Below, piece by piece: positions 1 to 13,297 of a DNA stretch of 64,000 nucleotides. Origin of the DNA: Phoronis australis (lineage: Eukaryota > Animalia > Phoronida); NCBI GenBank assembly GCA_002633005.1, contig NMRA01000791.1, forward strand, positions 1 through 64,000, in the 5' to 3' direction. Position numbers and translations under genes: made by a program. The notes below the pieces were generated by a model. It ran no database searches, was not told the origin of the DNA, and was given only the letters and a program-made list of their open reading frames with translations. How positions within the stretch are numbered: position 1 is the first letter of the stretch; the number at the start of each line of letters is the position of its first letter.

Positions 1-380
1 TCGGCATCAGGTGAATAGACAGATTTTCGTATCCATCGTCATACAGACATCTTTGTATGAATTCAAATATTCGTGCGCTCGTTTGAGAAATATGCTATAG
101 CATTTGATTTTGCTTCGGCAACCAAGCCATGAAGTTTGTTATAAAAGGAAACTGCAGTTAAAAGTGGAGTGTAACCATAGATTAAATATTTTGAATGCAT
201 CACGGCACGTTGAAAACTTTTCGCTGGCGGCGCAAAGCGGCACCTGGCTTCTTCTATGGTCGATAAGAGAAGACGGCTCATTTCTCCCAGTTGCTAACGC
301 CTGGTAGTGGCTTTGCTTCCAACAAAAAACGACAAAGAAGTGATTGTATTTCTTTCATATTCAGATAAACGATTTCATTG

Positions 381-1680
381 TTATGCGCCATCATATTTAT
401 ATGTGAACGCATTATGCCGTCATCTCCGTCCGTTGATCCGTCCGTCCGTCCGTCCGTCCTTCCGGCGTCCGACGTCTGCTGCTCTATCTCCAAAACGCCT
501 TGATGTATTTTCATGAAATTTTGATGATATGTTTCTTCTGTAAATGGAGCAGCATGAGCAAATTTTCGGACGGATCCGACTACCAGTGTGCCCCTAGTGG
601 CAATTTTAGTTTTTTACGTATACCACTGTATCTTTAAAGGTCTAAAATGGATTTTTATAAAAATTGGTACATGTATATAAGGCACCTATTAGCGCGATGA
701 CACAATACCCATTTTTGGATGGATTTGACGTAGTTTGCGCCACCTAGTGGCCATTTTTACTGTTTTCGAGTCTGTTATTTGGCGTCCACTCGTCTATCAA
801 CCAAACCGCTTTCATGATAATTGTGAAAATTGGCATGTATGTTTTTACTATAAAGTGGACGGCTGACGGTGATTTTCAGACGAGTTTGAATAGTGGAGCG
901 CCTCCTAGTGGCAGTTTTTTTGCGCTCATGGCTGTATCTCCTAAACCGTTTGCAGGATCTTTACTTAATTTAGCAAGTGTACATATGTGATGCTTACAAC
1001 GGACGACGACGACTTTCGGACAGATTTGACTACTGGTGTGCCGCCTAGTGGCAATTTTTTACGTTTTCCAGTCTGTCTTCAAAGGTACTCAACAGATTTG
1101 CATAAAATTTTGAATAAGGATTCTATTGGTGAAATGACGCTATCATCCTGTTTTTGGATGGAATCGAGGTGTTTTTGCGCCACCTAGTGGCCATTTTTTG
1201 GTGTTTCAACTCTTGTTTTTGGCGTCCACCTCTGTATCAATCAAATCATTCGGGGATGGTTTTGAACATTGGCGCATAAGTTGTCAGAGTGAAAAGGACG
1301 TTTGATGATGGCGACTGACAACTGTGGCGCCTCGTAGTGGTAGTTTCGTTTTGTTTTGCGACCATAGCTGTATCTCTGAAACCCACTGCAAGATCTTTTT
1401 TAAATTTATTAAGTGGATTTATATGAGATAACAGACGACTTCCAGGCGGATCGAACGGTCGCTGTGCCCACAAGTGGCAATTTGTTATTTTTCTGTTTTC
1501 CTTTGTTTCTCTGAAGTTCCTTGACATATTTTTATGAAATATGGCATGTGCCCGTTTTTGGATGGTTGTACGTTTTTGTGCCATCTATTGGCCATTTTTA
1601 TAATACAAATATATAACCCTAAAAGCTCACCATTTCCGATGCATTCGTGGACGCATTTCAATGCTCCGCGTTGCTCTTGA
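381..1680 (+). mobile_element. Non-autonomous Helentron-like (HINE/DINE-1-type) element with internal tandem repeat array
   Basis: The 5' short inverted repeat (ttatgcgcca...gtgaacgcat, 381-411) is followed by a (GTCC)n microsatellite (~427-460), eight ~110-160-bp internal repeats, a second copy of the subterminal repeat (gtggacgcat, ~1647) and a short 3' stem-loop ending ctcttg. This layout matches the known HINE organisation. Confidence 0.65.
560..1600. repeat. ~150-bp tandem monomers in a ~440-bp trimeric higher-order repeat, each with a GYGCCNCCTAGTGGC-like core
   Basis: Cores at 588, 737, 898, 1038, 1177, 1327, 1464 and 1578. Flanks recur at ~440-bp spacing (tttggcgtccac at ~778 and ~1218; gctgtatctc at ~931 and ~1367). 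Confidence 0.85.
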
Positions 1681-2788
1681 TCAATTCTTTGTACACTTGA
1701 ATAGGCGGGAACCTGCATTTCAATGGGTGCCGCACAGAGGACGGGAGTGAATTGCACTCCTCTTACATAGGACAATATTTTGCATTAGACTTTAAAAAAT
1801 GTGTTATCCATGCATAGTGGACACAGCGCTGGCAGATCAAAAGAAGCTGGAATTAGTCAGTGTTTTAACTCGGTTTTTAATTTACTTTTCTAGAGAGTAA
1901 ACCACAATGACATGTGATCGGAATTTCATGTCAAAAATGAATCAAAATAAAACATTCCATGAATAGTTCTGTGTAAATGGGTCACAGGTGACTACAGTGG
2001 AAAGTCTCTGGTTTCGGTTGCATAAAACAGAGAACAAAACTTTATAGGGATTACGTACATGTATTCGATCCCATTTTTGGCAACCTGAGCTTAAGGCTTG
2101 GCGATTTCGTTTCAATGTGGAAAACATTTTAATAAACAAAAACAGAAGTACTTGAATGACTTAAAATATGATTCCCTCTTTGATACACCTGACGCTATGC
2201 ACGAGGGCGTGTTCTGCATAAATAGATCTTACTAAAACAAACACATAACAATTTAAGGGCCTAATCTATTCAACCTCCAGCCCTTGACCAAATAGATTCG
2301 AATATTGTATTACATGTATGTCATTAGAATTGTGCATTCTAAACCTAAGGCCTTAGACTGATGTCAAGAAGAAGGTAGATGTTGTGAAGATACTAAACCA
2401 TATCTAATGTAATTGATTACTCTTTTGGGCAAAAGCAAACATTCGTAAAACATCACAACATAAACTGCTGCCCTTGGAGTGCCGGTGGTAATAAATATGA
2501 AATTAATGAATTTCAAGATGATTTTCATTGAAAAGAGTTCAACAGTAACAGATGAAGTATTTTACATTGTCATAAGCAAATAAATCAAACAGCCAATAAC
2601 CTGTTTGCTCCACGAGTTCGTTTGTACATATCTTATGGTAAGTTTTCACATTACAGCAAGAAGTCACCCAAAATCCTTCTTATTTGTGGTTTCTGCTTAA
2701 AATTATTTTCTACGCTACAACAACATATCGCTCGTTTTGGTTGATTTTAGATTGCACTCGTCTTGTTCCTAGACAATCCCTCTACTGC

Positions 2789-2945
2789 TTATTTAAAAAC
2801 GCCACAGCATAAAGTAAACGCATTTTGACATTTGATAGCATGATTGCTAGAAACAACTGGATTTGGAAAGCTACGAAATAAAAGATTTGGCTGCTTCCAC
2901 CAAGAATCATTGCAGTTTATACCTGCGCAATACTGCACACGAGCA
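2789..2945 (-). mobile_element. Degenerate THAP-domain remnant of a DNA transposon
   Basis: The minus-strand translation VQYCAGINCNDSWWKQPNLLFRSFP resembles a THAP N-terminus (CxxxxC...FxxFP). There is no intact ORF beyond it. Confidence 0.4.
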
Positions 2946-4379
2946 TTGACATTTGCGGACGACCGCAGCTTTTCTCGCAGCACGGCCTTAGGACAATACT
3001 GCCCGCTACAGGAAAAGTCGTGACGCATATCGGAGTATTAAATCTATGCTGTAACTCTGTAGTCACACGTACATGTACACAGTAAGTTTACTCACCGTTT
3101 CAATGAAACTAGCAGAAATTATCGGGATGGAACGTTGTGGAATTCTACTGGTTGAAAATCGTCGAGCGCTGTCAATCGAGTCATTTTAGTCATCAGGAGT
3201 TTAGCTGCCGACCCAAGAAAGTTTTTGGAAACAGACTAAAACTATTTCGCACTTTTCAGATACCGAATTACGGCTGTCAAGGTTCAAGGACGCGGCGATA
3301 ACAACTATCACTTAAATACGTACACACTTAAGTACAGTAACAATGGCCGCTACTGGGGTCTGTACCTGGACAGGACGAGAGATTCAACGGTGAGTTGATA
3401 GAATTTGTTCTTGTCTGATTTTGCAGTGTATGTAAGCAAATCTATCCCTGTGCTGGATGGGAATAGTTGTACGACTTGCTAAGATACAAAACAGAATTTG
3501 TTTGAAATCATTTAGTTTTGAAGGATGGATATAATACTGAACCACTTCCCGGAATACAACACAGCTCCCGAACTGATTCATGTGGTCGCAAAATCGGCAA
3601 ATTTTATCCAACAACAGGGGACGCGCACATGTAACTTTGTTAAAGTTCACAATGTGTACATGTACGCAGTTAAAGTTTACACTATGTGTGACGCTAAGAT
3701 ATGTCCAATTTGTGCCAACTAATTGAATTCACACGAAACTTTCAAATACTATGCTTTTTACACGGTTCTCCAAAAGGTTGTTACTAATTGTTTTTAACTG
3801 TTTCACTTTTGTATGACATGATTTTTAAGAAGTTAAAATGCACAAACAAAAACGAAACGATAATCTGCTGTCAATGTTTTTGAGATTTTTTCTTGAACAA
3901 TTATATCATGAAAAATGGTCATAGTTATTGATCCTGCTCTTTTGCTATGAATTTACCTTTCATTTTTGCTAAATGTGCCCTAAACATCAAAATCACGTTT
4001 TCTTATTATTGACAGATTGGTATCAAATCAAAAGTCAAATTTTATCGAATTTCTGCTTTCAGGAAATATATACTTATGCTGAGTTAAAGACATCTCAAAC
4101 CTTATTCACAAAAATCGGCCGTGTTTACAATATTTGACATAGGTCTGGCAAAATACCTTATCTTCATGCTCGAGTTCCTTCAAATACGAAATATATTACG
4201 TGTAGCCAAAAAAGATTTAGTAGAACCATCTTCAACAAGTGATAATTTTTTATACTAGACAAAGCTCAAAGGCTATGGAGCTGTCACTCAAATCGAATCT
4301 CTCGCCTTGCATGTGCACTTCCCACAATGTGAACACTCCTTTCATTCAATAAATCGCCATAAGATTGACAAGTTATACA

Positions 4380-4999
4380 AACGGGTGAGAAACAACACGA
4401 CCGCCGGTCCTCAAATCCCACCGACTCACCACAAAACAGCACCTACGGGGAATCAATTGGAACCAACGCACCTAAAAACATGACCGCCCCACCACTAAAC
4501 AGGACCGGCGGAGACAGTACATGACCGCCAGGGATTGAAATTTGACCCCCCACCGATCAATTATGATGACATATAAACAATAGAAAGAAGGTCGACATTT
4601 AGAATTAATAAATCTTTCTAAAAAGCAACCATGTCGCGCATTTGTAGCTAAATAATTATGATTTTATCCACGGTTCTAGTTTTAGAAGAGAGTGAAACTC
4701 ATTTTTTTCCAATTTGATGTTTAAGAAGTCGAAAAACGTTACCTTGTCCTCGGGTAAAGTGTCGTCATAACTAGCGTTGGTGCAAAGCTGTAAACTAAAT
4801 ACACACCTTTTTGCCAAAGTGGGTAAAAAAATTACAAAATAAAATTTGACACAAAATTAGTGTCATTAAAAACGACAACTTTACTTGGTTCGGCGGTCCC
4901 GTCTGATTCCCGTAAGTCCATATTTGTGGTGAGTCGGTCCAATTTGGAAAACTGGCGGTCATGTTTTGGGTCCGGCGGTTATGTTGTTTCTCAACCGTG
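4380..4999. mobile_element. MITE (~620 bp) with ~28-bp TIRs and subterminal TGACCGCC repeats (CMC/EnSpm-like organisation)
   Basis: acgggtgagaaacaacacgaccgccgg (4381) is the near reverse complement of ccggcggttatgttgtttctcaaccgtg (4972-4999). (a)tgaccgcc repeats occur at the left end and ggcggtc at the right end. Confidence 0.7.
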
Positions 5000-5427
5000 A
5001 TACCGTCGCTGCACGGCTTCTGATATCACAAACGCGTAGCAACTTATAAAAATAGATAAATGCGCACCCAAAACTCATTCGTTTTACCGGTAATGAGACG
5101 TTTCGATCTCGTGGTCACGGCGCACTCTTTAAGCACAGATACTCTATTCCTATTTTTATTTCGGTGTTGACTTCTTTCAGTCTCCGCGGCACGTGTTTCG
5201 ACATGTTTTGTGTACCACGATTTACTGTTGACCTGTTTTAATATGTCAAGAGATGAACTCCACTGATCTAATTTCTATCGATGTAATGTAACTCAAATTA
5301 CAAAAAGTGACAATCGAGTTAATCACGCACTGGCACTTTAATTGAAAGTACGATTGACTTTGAAATGCGTGTAGCTAACAAGGTTAAAAGACGCATGGGT
5401 AATATTCAGACCAAAAACAAGTTTTAA

Positions 5428-7081
5428 AGGAGCATGCCACCTAAAAACAACCTAATTTTTATCAATTAAGATCGAGTAGTTCTACTCCATAACGGCACGT
5501 ACGGTTGCATTACCTGACACCTGACGGCAGACGGAGGTGTTGAAATTCTCCAATGACGTCATCGGTTTCACGCAGTCTGTTCAGCAGTTCACAACACGGG
5601 TTACTGGTGTCAGCTTATCGCATGAAATCATCGTTTAACACCAATAAATCATCAAATGTCGATGTAAAACCCTTAACAATACACCGAGTTCTTATCAAAA
5701 CGTGTTGTTTTATTTCGCTCTACGGAATTATTGGTATTTGGACACACCGTAGCCTACAAAGTTCGGTAGGCCAATAAGGTCCGTAGCAGGAGTTTGGGGT
5801 CTGCTCGGAGATAATTTCGAAGTATTTTCCGTGAGATACAGACAGGAGAACCTAGATCTGTGTTGTTTAGACTCGTGATATTTTGAGTTAGTAAACACAA
5901 AACACTTATCCTGGCCAGTGGCTCGGAGCTCGATCAGGCCCGTCGCGACCGCCCTGATTGACTCGTGATCCCGGCCGGTGGCTCGGAAACTGATCAGACA
6001 TCTCGAACATAAACCAGCCAAAGTTAAGTGGAAACTAAACATCCAGTCGAGAAAATACTATACTAGTGAACCAAAGTAATATGCACGTGATTTTGTTGGT
6101 GAATTAGCCACGAAATTGCAAATCTACTTACTCGTCGGGGGCCGCGAATTCAGGTTCCGCTTTGGCCACAGCACCGCCAGGGCAGAAGTTGTACATTGGC
6201 AATCATTATTTGAGTAATGCAAATGTAAATAAAGATTCCCCTAACACGTGGCTGTGGGATGGTAATCGAGTTGTTCACAACAGCTCCTTCCAGCAAACAC
6301 TAAATTAGAATGAGCTCACACGGCCTCGGTGTCCCGTCAATTAATTTTATTGCACCGAAACCCGGTAACGCAGTGATTTATTCATTGCTGGCTTTTCAAA
6401 TCATTTCAAATCATGAACACTCCAAAGGCATTAAAAATTGCCTCTAATGAGACAAACTTTGTTTCAAGGGTGAGAATAATTCATTTTGAAACAGAACGCT
6501 CAGAAATAAACGCCAATATGGCAACCGTCGCAATCCCGACTTAGGATGAGCTAGAGCTCATCAGTCCCGACTTCGCAGGTGGATCGTTAAGTTTTACAGG
6601 CTATCAATTCGAACAGGAATACAAAGATGAAGAAATTCTAGAGAGGCGCCGTGAACAAGCTCAGACAACGGAACGTATGAAGTGATTTGGTAAGCAGGCA
6701 TTCGTCAGGCACTGCCGACGTCTGCAGTCCACAGACACGGAGATGTCTCACGGCGACTCATACTTGCTACTTACAGCGTACATTTCATTCTTCACTACCA
6801 TGAGCCACTTTCTAAGCATTTCGGACTCTCGAGGAAGTAAAAAAACGATATACCCGCTTTCCTCGCAGCTGCTTAGTTCGGACAAGCGGGAACGATGCAC
6901 CGCAACATAGCGGCATTCACTCTGCATATGAACCACTGACGTCGCGAGCGTCGTTTCTCACCTTCCTCACAGGTTAACGCGACACCTCTTGGCAAGGTAA
7001 GGTCGACCGTATGCGAGACGATTTGGATGTAGACCGATTAAGACGGCAAAAAAGACTAATTAAATCGGGTGGCATTCTCCT
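5428..7081. mobile_element. Kolobok-like DNA transposon, internally deleted
   Basis: TTAA flanks at 5424-5427 and 7082-7085. TIRs AGGAGCATGCCACC / GGTGGCATTCTCCT match at 13/14. A + strand KolX-like start (GYQFEQEYKDEEILERR, ~6518-6684) converges on a - strand THAP-like remnant (GYIVFLLPRESEMLRKWL, 6748-6936). Confidence 0.75.
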
Positions 7082-8728
7082 TTAAGAGTCTAGTGGTTAA
7101 TAGAAAAACCATCTGATTTTCACGACTCATAAGGTTAGCGGCTTTTTATAGCTTTGGCAATAATTTAAACTTAGGAACACGAAAAAGGATCGGTGAATTT
7201 CAAAGAAGGTTTCCCATTTTATTATTTACTCACGAATCCATTTCTCTTTTAAACTCCTAATTTTAATACCATAAGACGAACGAATGCGACTTCTAGTTTT
7301 CAAAAATACTTTACGTTTTGCGAGTTAATTCGGCATAGAAACAAACCCAGCGTTTTGTCAATTTCTCATTTAAAAAGGATTTCATTAAAATCGGGCGAGC
7401 GTTTATTTCGCTATGAATGTACCTTTCCTAGAAATGAAATTTTGACTTAAAAATGTAGTAACGTAATTGGGATGGCACATACATATGAAACATGTTTTTA
7501 TAATCTCTGATCTTTTTCCTTCATAAAATACATACTTTTGCTAGTTGAAATAGCCTTGCTTTATATATGTATGAATTAGAATGGACTCTAAATAAGGTTT
7601 GAGATATCCTTAAATTCTATACCTTTGTAGATATTTTGCTAAAAGAAAAAAATCCTGCATAACTTTAATATCAGATACAATTTGCTTTATAGTCATTACT
7701 GGCCGGTCAAGGCAGTGTTAGCACAACGCTCAATCCTTCACTGGAAACCAGATTTGTTAGAATTGTTCCCAGGACTTGGACACCACAAACAGTCGCCTGT
7801 CTCCGTTTTGAACTCTACGGATGCCCAGAGCAATAACTGTCGTTCTGTTGGTGAAGGAACATGCGTGGCATTTTGACTAGCTCATTGATTCTAGACAATA
7901 GTAAAATCACATTGTACATGTATTATTGGAATTTACTTTATGAATATATTATTGACTGAAGCGATAACATAACTGATCATGTGGCCCTCGTTACGGATAC
8001 GCAGAGGTAAAAGACTGAACGTCAAGGTCTTGTCAATGAGGACATGTTTTTGAATCAGTCGATGATTGTTTTGTACAAAAGACAAGTGCAAGAATGCAGT
8101 GTACATTTCTGCTATAAAGTTTGTCATCATTCGAGACCAGCGACACAGAACGCAAAAGCGAATCACATTTGACGATATGAACTCGTAAATATTACTCAAT
8201 ATAATCTTTGGATCATAGCCTAGTTTTCTCCTGAGGCCCAAAGTACTGTCTATTCTTTCTGGATAATGGTTTTTGTCTAATTCAGTTACATATGTTAAAC
8301 ATCTGAGGTTTCAAGTTTCTCCAGAAAAGGGAACAGTTCTTATTATGCTGGTTCCGTGACTTTCACTCATCATATTTAATTAATGCAATTCCTCTCATCG
8401 TTGGACAATTTTTTTCATTCGAAGTTGTTGAAACTTATTTCCTTGAGAAGAACACAAAAACAGCTTTTTCGCGTCTGTAGAAGAGCGAATTTGAAACTTT
8501 GAAGCGGAAAGCCATTACTATTGGATACCTGAGACTAATATGTTACAACTGGCTCCCGCTCAGGGATGGGGCTCAAAACCTGAAGTTCTGAGGCCAGGAA
8601 ACGCTAATCGTTCCCGACCGTTAACTGAGAAAAATTCGGATAAATAACTCCTCTCAGGAGAAAACTTGGCACTGTTTGATGAGGTTTGGTAGATCATGGA
8701 ACATGTTTTTTAAAGATATCACAGAGNG

Positions 8729-9495
8729 AGAGAGAGAGGGAGCGAGTGAGAGAGAGAGGGAGCGAGTGAGAGAGAGAGGGAGCGAGTGAGAGAGAGAGGG
8801 AGCGAGTGAGAGAGAGAGGGAGCGAGTGAGAGAGAGAGGGAGCGAGTGAGAGAGAGAGGGAGCGAGTGAGAGAGAGAGGGAGCGAGTGAGAGAGAGAGGG
8901 AGCGAGTGAGAGAGAGAGGGAGCGAGTGAGAGAGAGAGGGAGCGAGTGAGAGAGAGAGGGAGCGAGTGAGAGAGAGAGGGAGCGAGTGAGAGAGAGAGGG
9001 AGCGAGTGAGAGAGAGAGGGAGCGAGTGAGAGAGAGAGGGAGCGAGTGAGAGAGAGAGGGAGCGAGTGAGAGAGAGAGGGAGCGAGTGAGAGAGAGAGGG
9101 AGCGAGTGAGAGAGAGAGGGAGCGAGTGAGAGAGAGAGGGAGCGAGTGAGAGAGAGAGGGAGCGAGTGAGAGAGAGAGGGAGCGAGTGAGAGAGAGAGGG
9201 AGCGAGTGAGAGAGAGAGGGAGCGAGTGAGAGAGAGAGGGAGCGAGTGAGAGAGAGAGGGAGCGAGTGAGAGAGAGAGGGAGCGAGTGAGAGAGAGAGGG
9301 AGCGAGTGAGAGAGAGAGGGAGCGAGTGAGAGAGAGAGGGAGCGAGTGAGAGAGAGAGGGAGCGAGTGAGAGAGAGAGGGAGCGAGTGAGAGAGAGAGGG
9401 AGCGAGTGAGAGAGAGAGGGAGCGAGTGAGAGAGAGAGGGAGCGAGTGAGAGAGAGAGGGAGCGAGTGAGAGAGAGAGGGAGCGAGTGAGAGAGA
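8729..9495 (+). repeat. Perfect 20-bp purine-rich minisatellite (AGCGAGTGAGAGAGAGAGGG)n, ~38 copies
   Basis: Identical unit read directly from 8741 to 9480, plus partial units; starts immediately after a single N at 8728. Confidence 0.97.
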
Positions 9496-9689
9496 AAGAG
9501 GGAGAGAGGAGGGAGTGAGCGAGGGGGATGGAGGGAGCCGGTGGTAGGGAGGGGTAGTAGTAAAGTAATGATTTAACACTTTTATTGCTTGCTGAAAAAT
9601 AGTAACTTCCTATAATATGGGAGTACTAGTTGATAGGTCTACAGTCTATGCACTATGGAGTTCTTTGCCACACTGACTGGAGAGTCTGA

Positions 9690-11820
9690 ATGAGTCATAT
9701 CTGAGACACGTATCTTTAATGTTCCTGGTCGGCACACCTTTTAATGGTATGTGGTCGGCACACCAACCTCCCCCCGTTCATCAGTTGTTAGTGCGGAAAT
9801 CGAGTTGGTGGTAGAACGGGACGATCGCTGCAGCACCTCAAAATGTTCATGGTGACATGCAAAGTTGCACAAGGTATGTGTTGCCTCAGAACCTTTCGCA
9901 AGCGGTGGGCTTTCCAGAGCTGACCATCTGAAAGGCGATACGTCCAGTTGCCGATACAGTCGACAACTTTTAGAGGCGTTGACCACGGTGATGATCCTTT
10001 GGGAGTACGCGGTTTCTTCACGCGGACGGAATCGCCAGTTTCGTAAGGTCCTCTGTGTGTCACTGGCGTAGGCTTCGGTCGAACAGACTCTCGTCTCCGC
10101 GGAAAACACCGGGACTCGCTCTCTTCTACGAGGAGTTCGAACGACCTCGTAGGCAAGTCGAAATTTGCGTTTCAGGACGCGTTCAGCGGACCTGTTATCA
10201 TTCAGTGGCGGAGCAGATGTAGCATGAAAGTGAGCAAGTAAATTCTCTAGGTGTTTGTCCCACGGGATATGTTTGCACTCTTGATTTGTATGCTACTCTT
10301 CAAGTTAGGGCTGAAAATTTCAATCTTGCCGTTTTGTGGTGGGTTGTGGGCTGCAATATCTTCGTGGAAAATGTCCATGTTACGCAGAAATACCTGGTTC
10401 GTGGTCAGATACAAGTATATCGAGGTTGTCAACAGTCGAAAAAAAAAATTCCTCAACCAGCGGATTACGGCAAAAGTCGTCACCCGTGCTGAGGATGGAG
10501 GGGAATGATAAATGGTAGTCAATGGCAGCTTGTACAAAGGGATTGTTCGGATTTGCAGTGGCAAAAGGTCCCGTGATGTCGATGCCGATATTTTTCCAGG
10601 CTGGGTTGGTGGTGGTATGGGAATCGAGGGTACGTGGTACGCTGGAGAAGATTTATTTGAATCTTGGCACGGAGCACAGTATGACACCGTGCGTTTTCTG
10701 TCGTGCTGGTCTGACTCGGCGTTGACGTACATGTTAGTGCTGAGTGGTCTATCTGTACGTATGGAGAAGTGACGTCCAAGTAAGAACTTCTCCCAGCACT
10801 CAGAGAAGTGAACGACAGCAAGACCTTCACGCTCATTCATTGCATAGGATTGCTGGGGCTCTTCCAGCGTTTTTTCTGCCAAATAGAATGGGCACTTCCC
10901 TTCCGTTTTGAATTTGCGACAGAACAGCACCAAGGCCGATATCAGATGCGTCAGTAGAGAGGACAATGTCGCATGCAGGATTGAAAAGATGTAGTTCTAG
11001 GTTCTGACACAGCATGGATTTCAGTATGTCAAATGCTTGTTGACACTACATGTATGTAGATCATGCAAGCATTACAATTTTCGTGTGAGGCCACGCAGTG
11101 GCCCAGAAATTTCAGCAATATGGTCCTTTCTAGTTGTTGAGTAAACCTAGGAATCGTTGCACGTACTTCAGAGACTTCGGAAAAGGTGCATTACAGAGAG
11201 CGTTATGGTTTGCAGAGTCGGGTTCCACATTGCTGTGGGAAACGATGTAAGCTAAGTACGCTAACTCTTCGACACCGATGATGCATTTCTTTGGGTATAC
11301 ATGTACACGAAGGATATTTTCACTCAACCGTTGTACTCGATTGTCGAGATAGTGGTACAGTTCGCCCCACGTATGACACATTACCACAATATAGGGCTTG
11401 TGCCCGATGAGGGCCTCCGACACTGATGTTGGAGATGATGTACTGAAAAACAGCGGCGCTGTCTGTAAGACCCATAGGTAGGCGGTTGTAAGCATACAAC
11501 CCCTTGGGTGTAATTGTTGCAGTAAACAGACTACTCTCAGCGTTGACAAACGTATTAAAGAAATCCCACCAAATTTTAAGTTTAGTATAATATTTGCCGC
11601 CTTGCAAATCCTGGATGTCATCTCTGTAGACGGGAACGGGAAATCGATACGGTATCTCTTAGGGAGTCAGGCCTGTCAGGTCAGTAGTAATACGGGCGGA
11701 ACTATCCGGTTTATCCACAGTTACCAGCGGTTGTTGCCACAAGGGTCGTTTATGTGACTGGATTTTGGACCATATTTCCTGTTCTTCGATTTCGAGTTAA
11801 GCGCTACAGCAGTTCGTAAG
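9690..11820 (-). mobile_element. Degenerate Ty3/Gypsy LTR retrotransposon pol (RT-RNaseH-integrase)
   Basis: Minus-strand frames give RT motifs (TATITPKGLYAYNRLPMGLTDSAAVFQ; PKKC...YLAYIVS; VQRFLGLLN), RNase H (VLSTDASDIGLGAVLSQ; YAMNEREGLAVV...FLLGRHFSIRTD) and integrase (CAPCQ...; HNPPQNGKIE). The order is RT-RH-IN, with many frameshifts and stops. Confidence 0.9.
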
Positions 11821-12059
11821 CTTACATAATGCACGAATATTTACCGAAATACCCTCTGAAATGTAGGAGGAGTTAGAAGTTCGCACGGAAAACGGCATTC
11901 CATACAAGACAACATGAGAATCAAGAAAAAAACAACATTAAGAAAAATGCAGTCAAATGCCAAAATGTTGTCGATATGCTCTACAAAAATCCGTTTACAT
12001 GAAAAGTTTCGTAAAACTATCCTAAGGAATATAAAAGGAGTTTTGCACAGAAGTGCATA

Positions 12060-12720
12060 CTTTTTATGGATGCACAAATTTATTTATATGTGGGTGCATA
12101 ATGCCGCATCCCTGTCCGTCCGTCAGGCGCCGGTGTCTGTTGCTTTATCTGCAGTCACGGACACGTTTCAACGTTCAGACTTGCTATTGTATGAAACTTT
12201 GATCGAGATTCTCAGTAACCACAGAAAATCGGTTTCCCAAACGGGGAGGGTGGGAAAGTCAAGAACCGGCCAACATTTAAGAGAACTTTGTCGAATCGCA
12301 ATGCCGACGATGTGCCGACGGTACGCCACATCCCATTTAAGAGTGTTTTTAAAAGTTTGATCGAAATCCCCAGAAATTTAAGGAGTTGCCCACTAGTGCA
12401 ATGTCACACGTTGCGAAATCTTCCATTATAGTGTATCCGCCTTTTCGCTTCGGTGGAGAAGGGACACCGCTGTCTTCCCCTTTAGCCGGCGACACAGGGA
12501 CACACGCGCACGCACGCAACACACGGAAAGACACAGGGAGGGTACCCACAGATGGGGGTCTGTCCTTAGTATATCTCGATAATTTTCCCAATTAACCGAC
12601 AGCAGGGACATACGGTCGGTTGAAACTGCAGACGGAATGTATCAGGTACCATTTTTACTTCCCTTATGCCTTAGTCGGGAACACGGCAGAGAAACCACCC
12701 TTCCGCGGGGATAACATAGA
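12060..12720 (+). mobile_element. Fragment(s) of a Helentron-like non-autonomous repeat related to 381-1680
   Basis: tatttatatgtgggtgcataatgccgcatccctgtccgtccgtc (~12083-12124) closely parallels tatttatatgtgaacgcattatgccgtcatctccgtccg (~394-432). Confidence 0.45.
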
Positions 12721-13228
12721 ACAACGAGTAAAATGGTTACAATAAACCGATGTATGAATGAATAAAATTGTCAATTTAATTGAATATATACGAGCTGCCG
12801 CAGTCAACCATTTTCACCGCCTGTGCACTGTCCAATTCCGTGATTTCCTAATTTGAATTTTCAATGAACATCGATGTTGCCCTCAGGCTTAAATTTTGTG
12901 GTATTTAAATTCTTTTGGCATGGACAGCAGCTGAAGTGATTGTTTTATGTTATGTTTATAGTAATGGCATCATGTGCTCGGTGAAAATCTAAATATCCCA
13001 TCTCCGACGTAACTTTGAAGGGAAATCTTACACAAAAGGCAAAAGGCATTTAAAGGTCCCCAGAACAAATCCCGTTTTTCTTGCTGATGCCCGCACCAAC
13101 CAGCGAATCAAATAACCTAACATAGTTATAAACAACTTAATCAGGAACAGACCCGCACTCGAATAGCTTTGTGGTCCAGGGTCACTGTTTTACATGTATA
13201 TCTCAGTCAGTTAACTTAAAAACCCAGG

Positions 13229-13297
13229 ATGCCATGGAAGGTGTTTTTGGTTGCTGGTTTACTGCACATCTGTACCTCTGTGGAACTTTACGAAGAC
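13229..13297 (+). CDS. Astacin exon 1 (putative): signal peptide [23 protein letters not shown]
   Basis: ATG, basic residue, hydrophobic core, then a strong donor (GAC|gtaagt). Phase 0 matches the exon at 22126. Confidence 0.65.

Noticed and set aside
560-1600. CRISPR-like pattern (conserved short repeat with variable spacers)
   Set aside because: Spacers are >100 bp and homologous to each other at a 440-bp period, there are no cas genes, and the context is eukaryotic.
8719-9579. 286-aa Ser/Leu-rich minus-strand ORF
   Set aside because: It is only the translation of the 20-bp minisatellite.
13120-13210. TATA-like (tataaa ~13127) and Inr-like (tcagt ~13203) promoter elements
   Set aside because: Their spacing is wrong for a TATA-Inr pair, and such motifs are common in AT-rich DNA.
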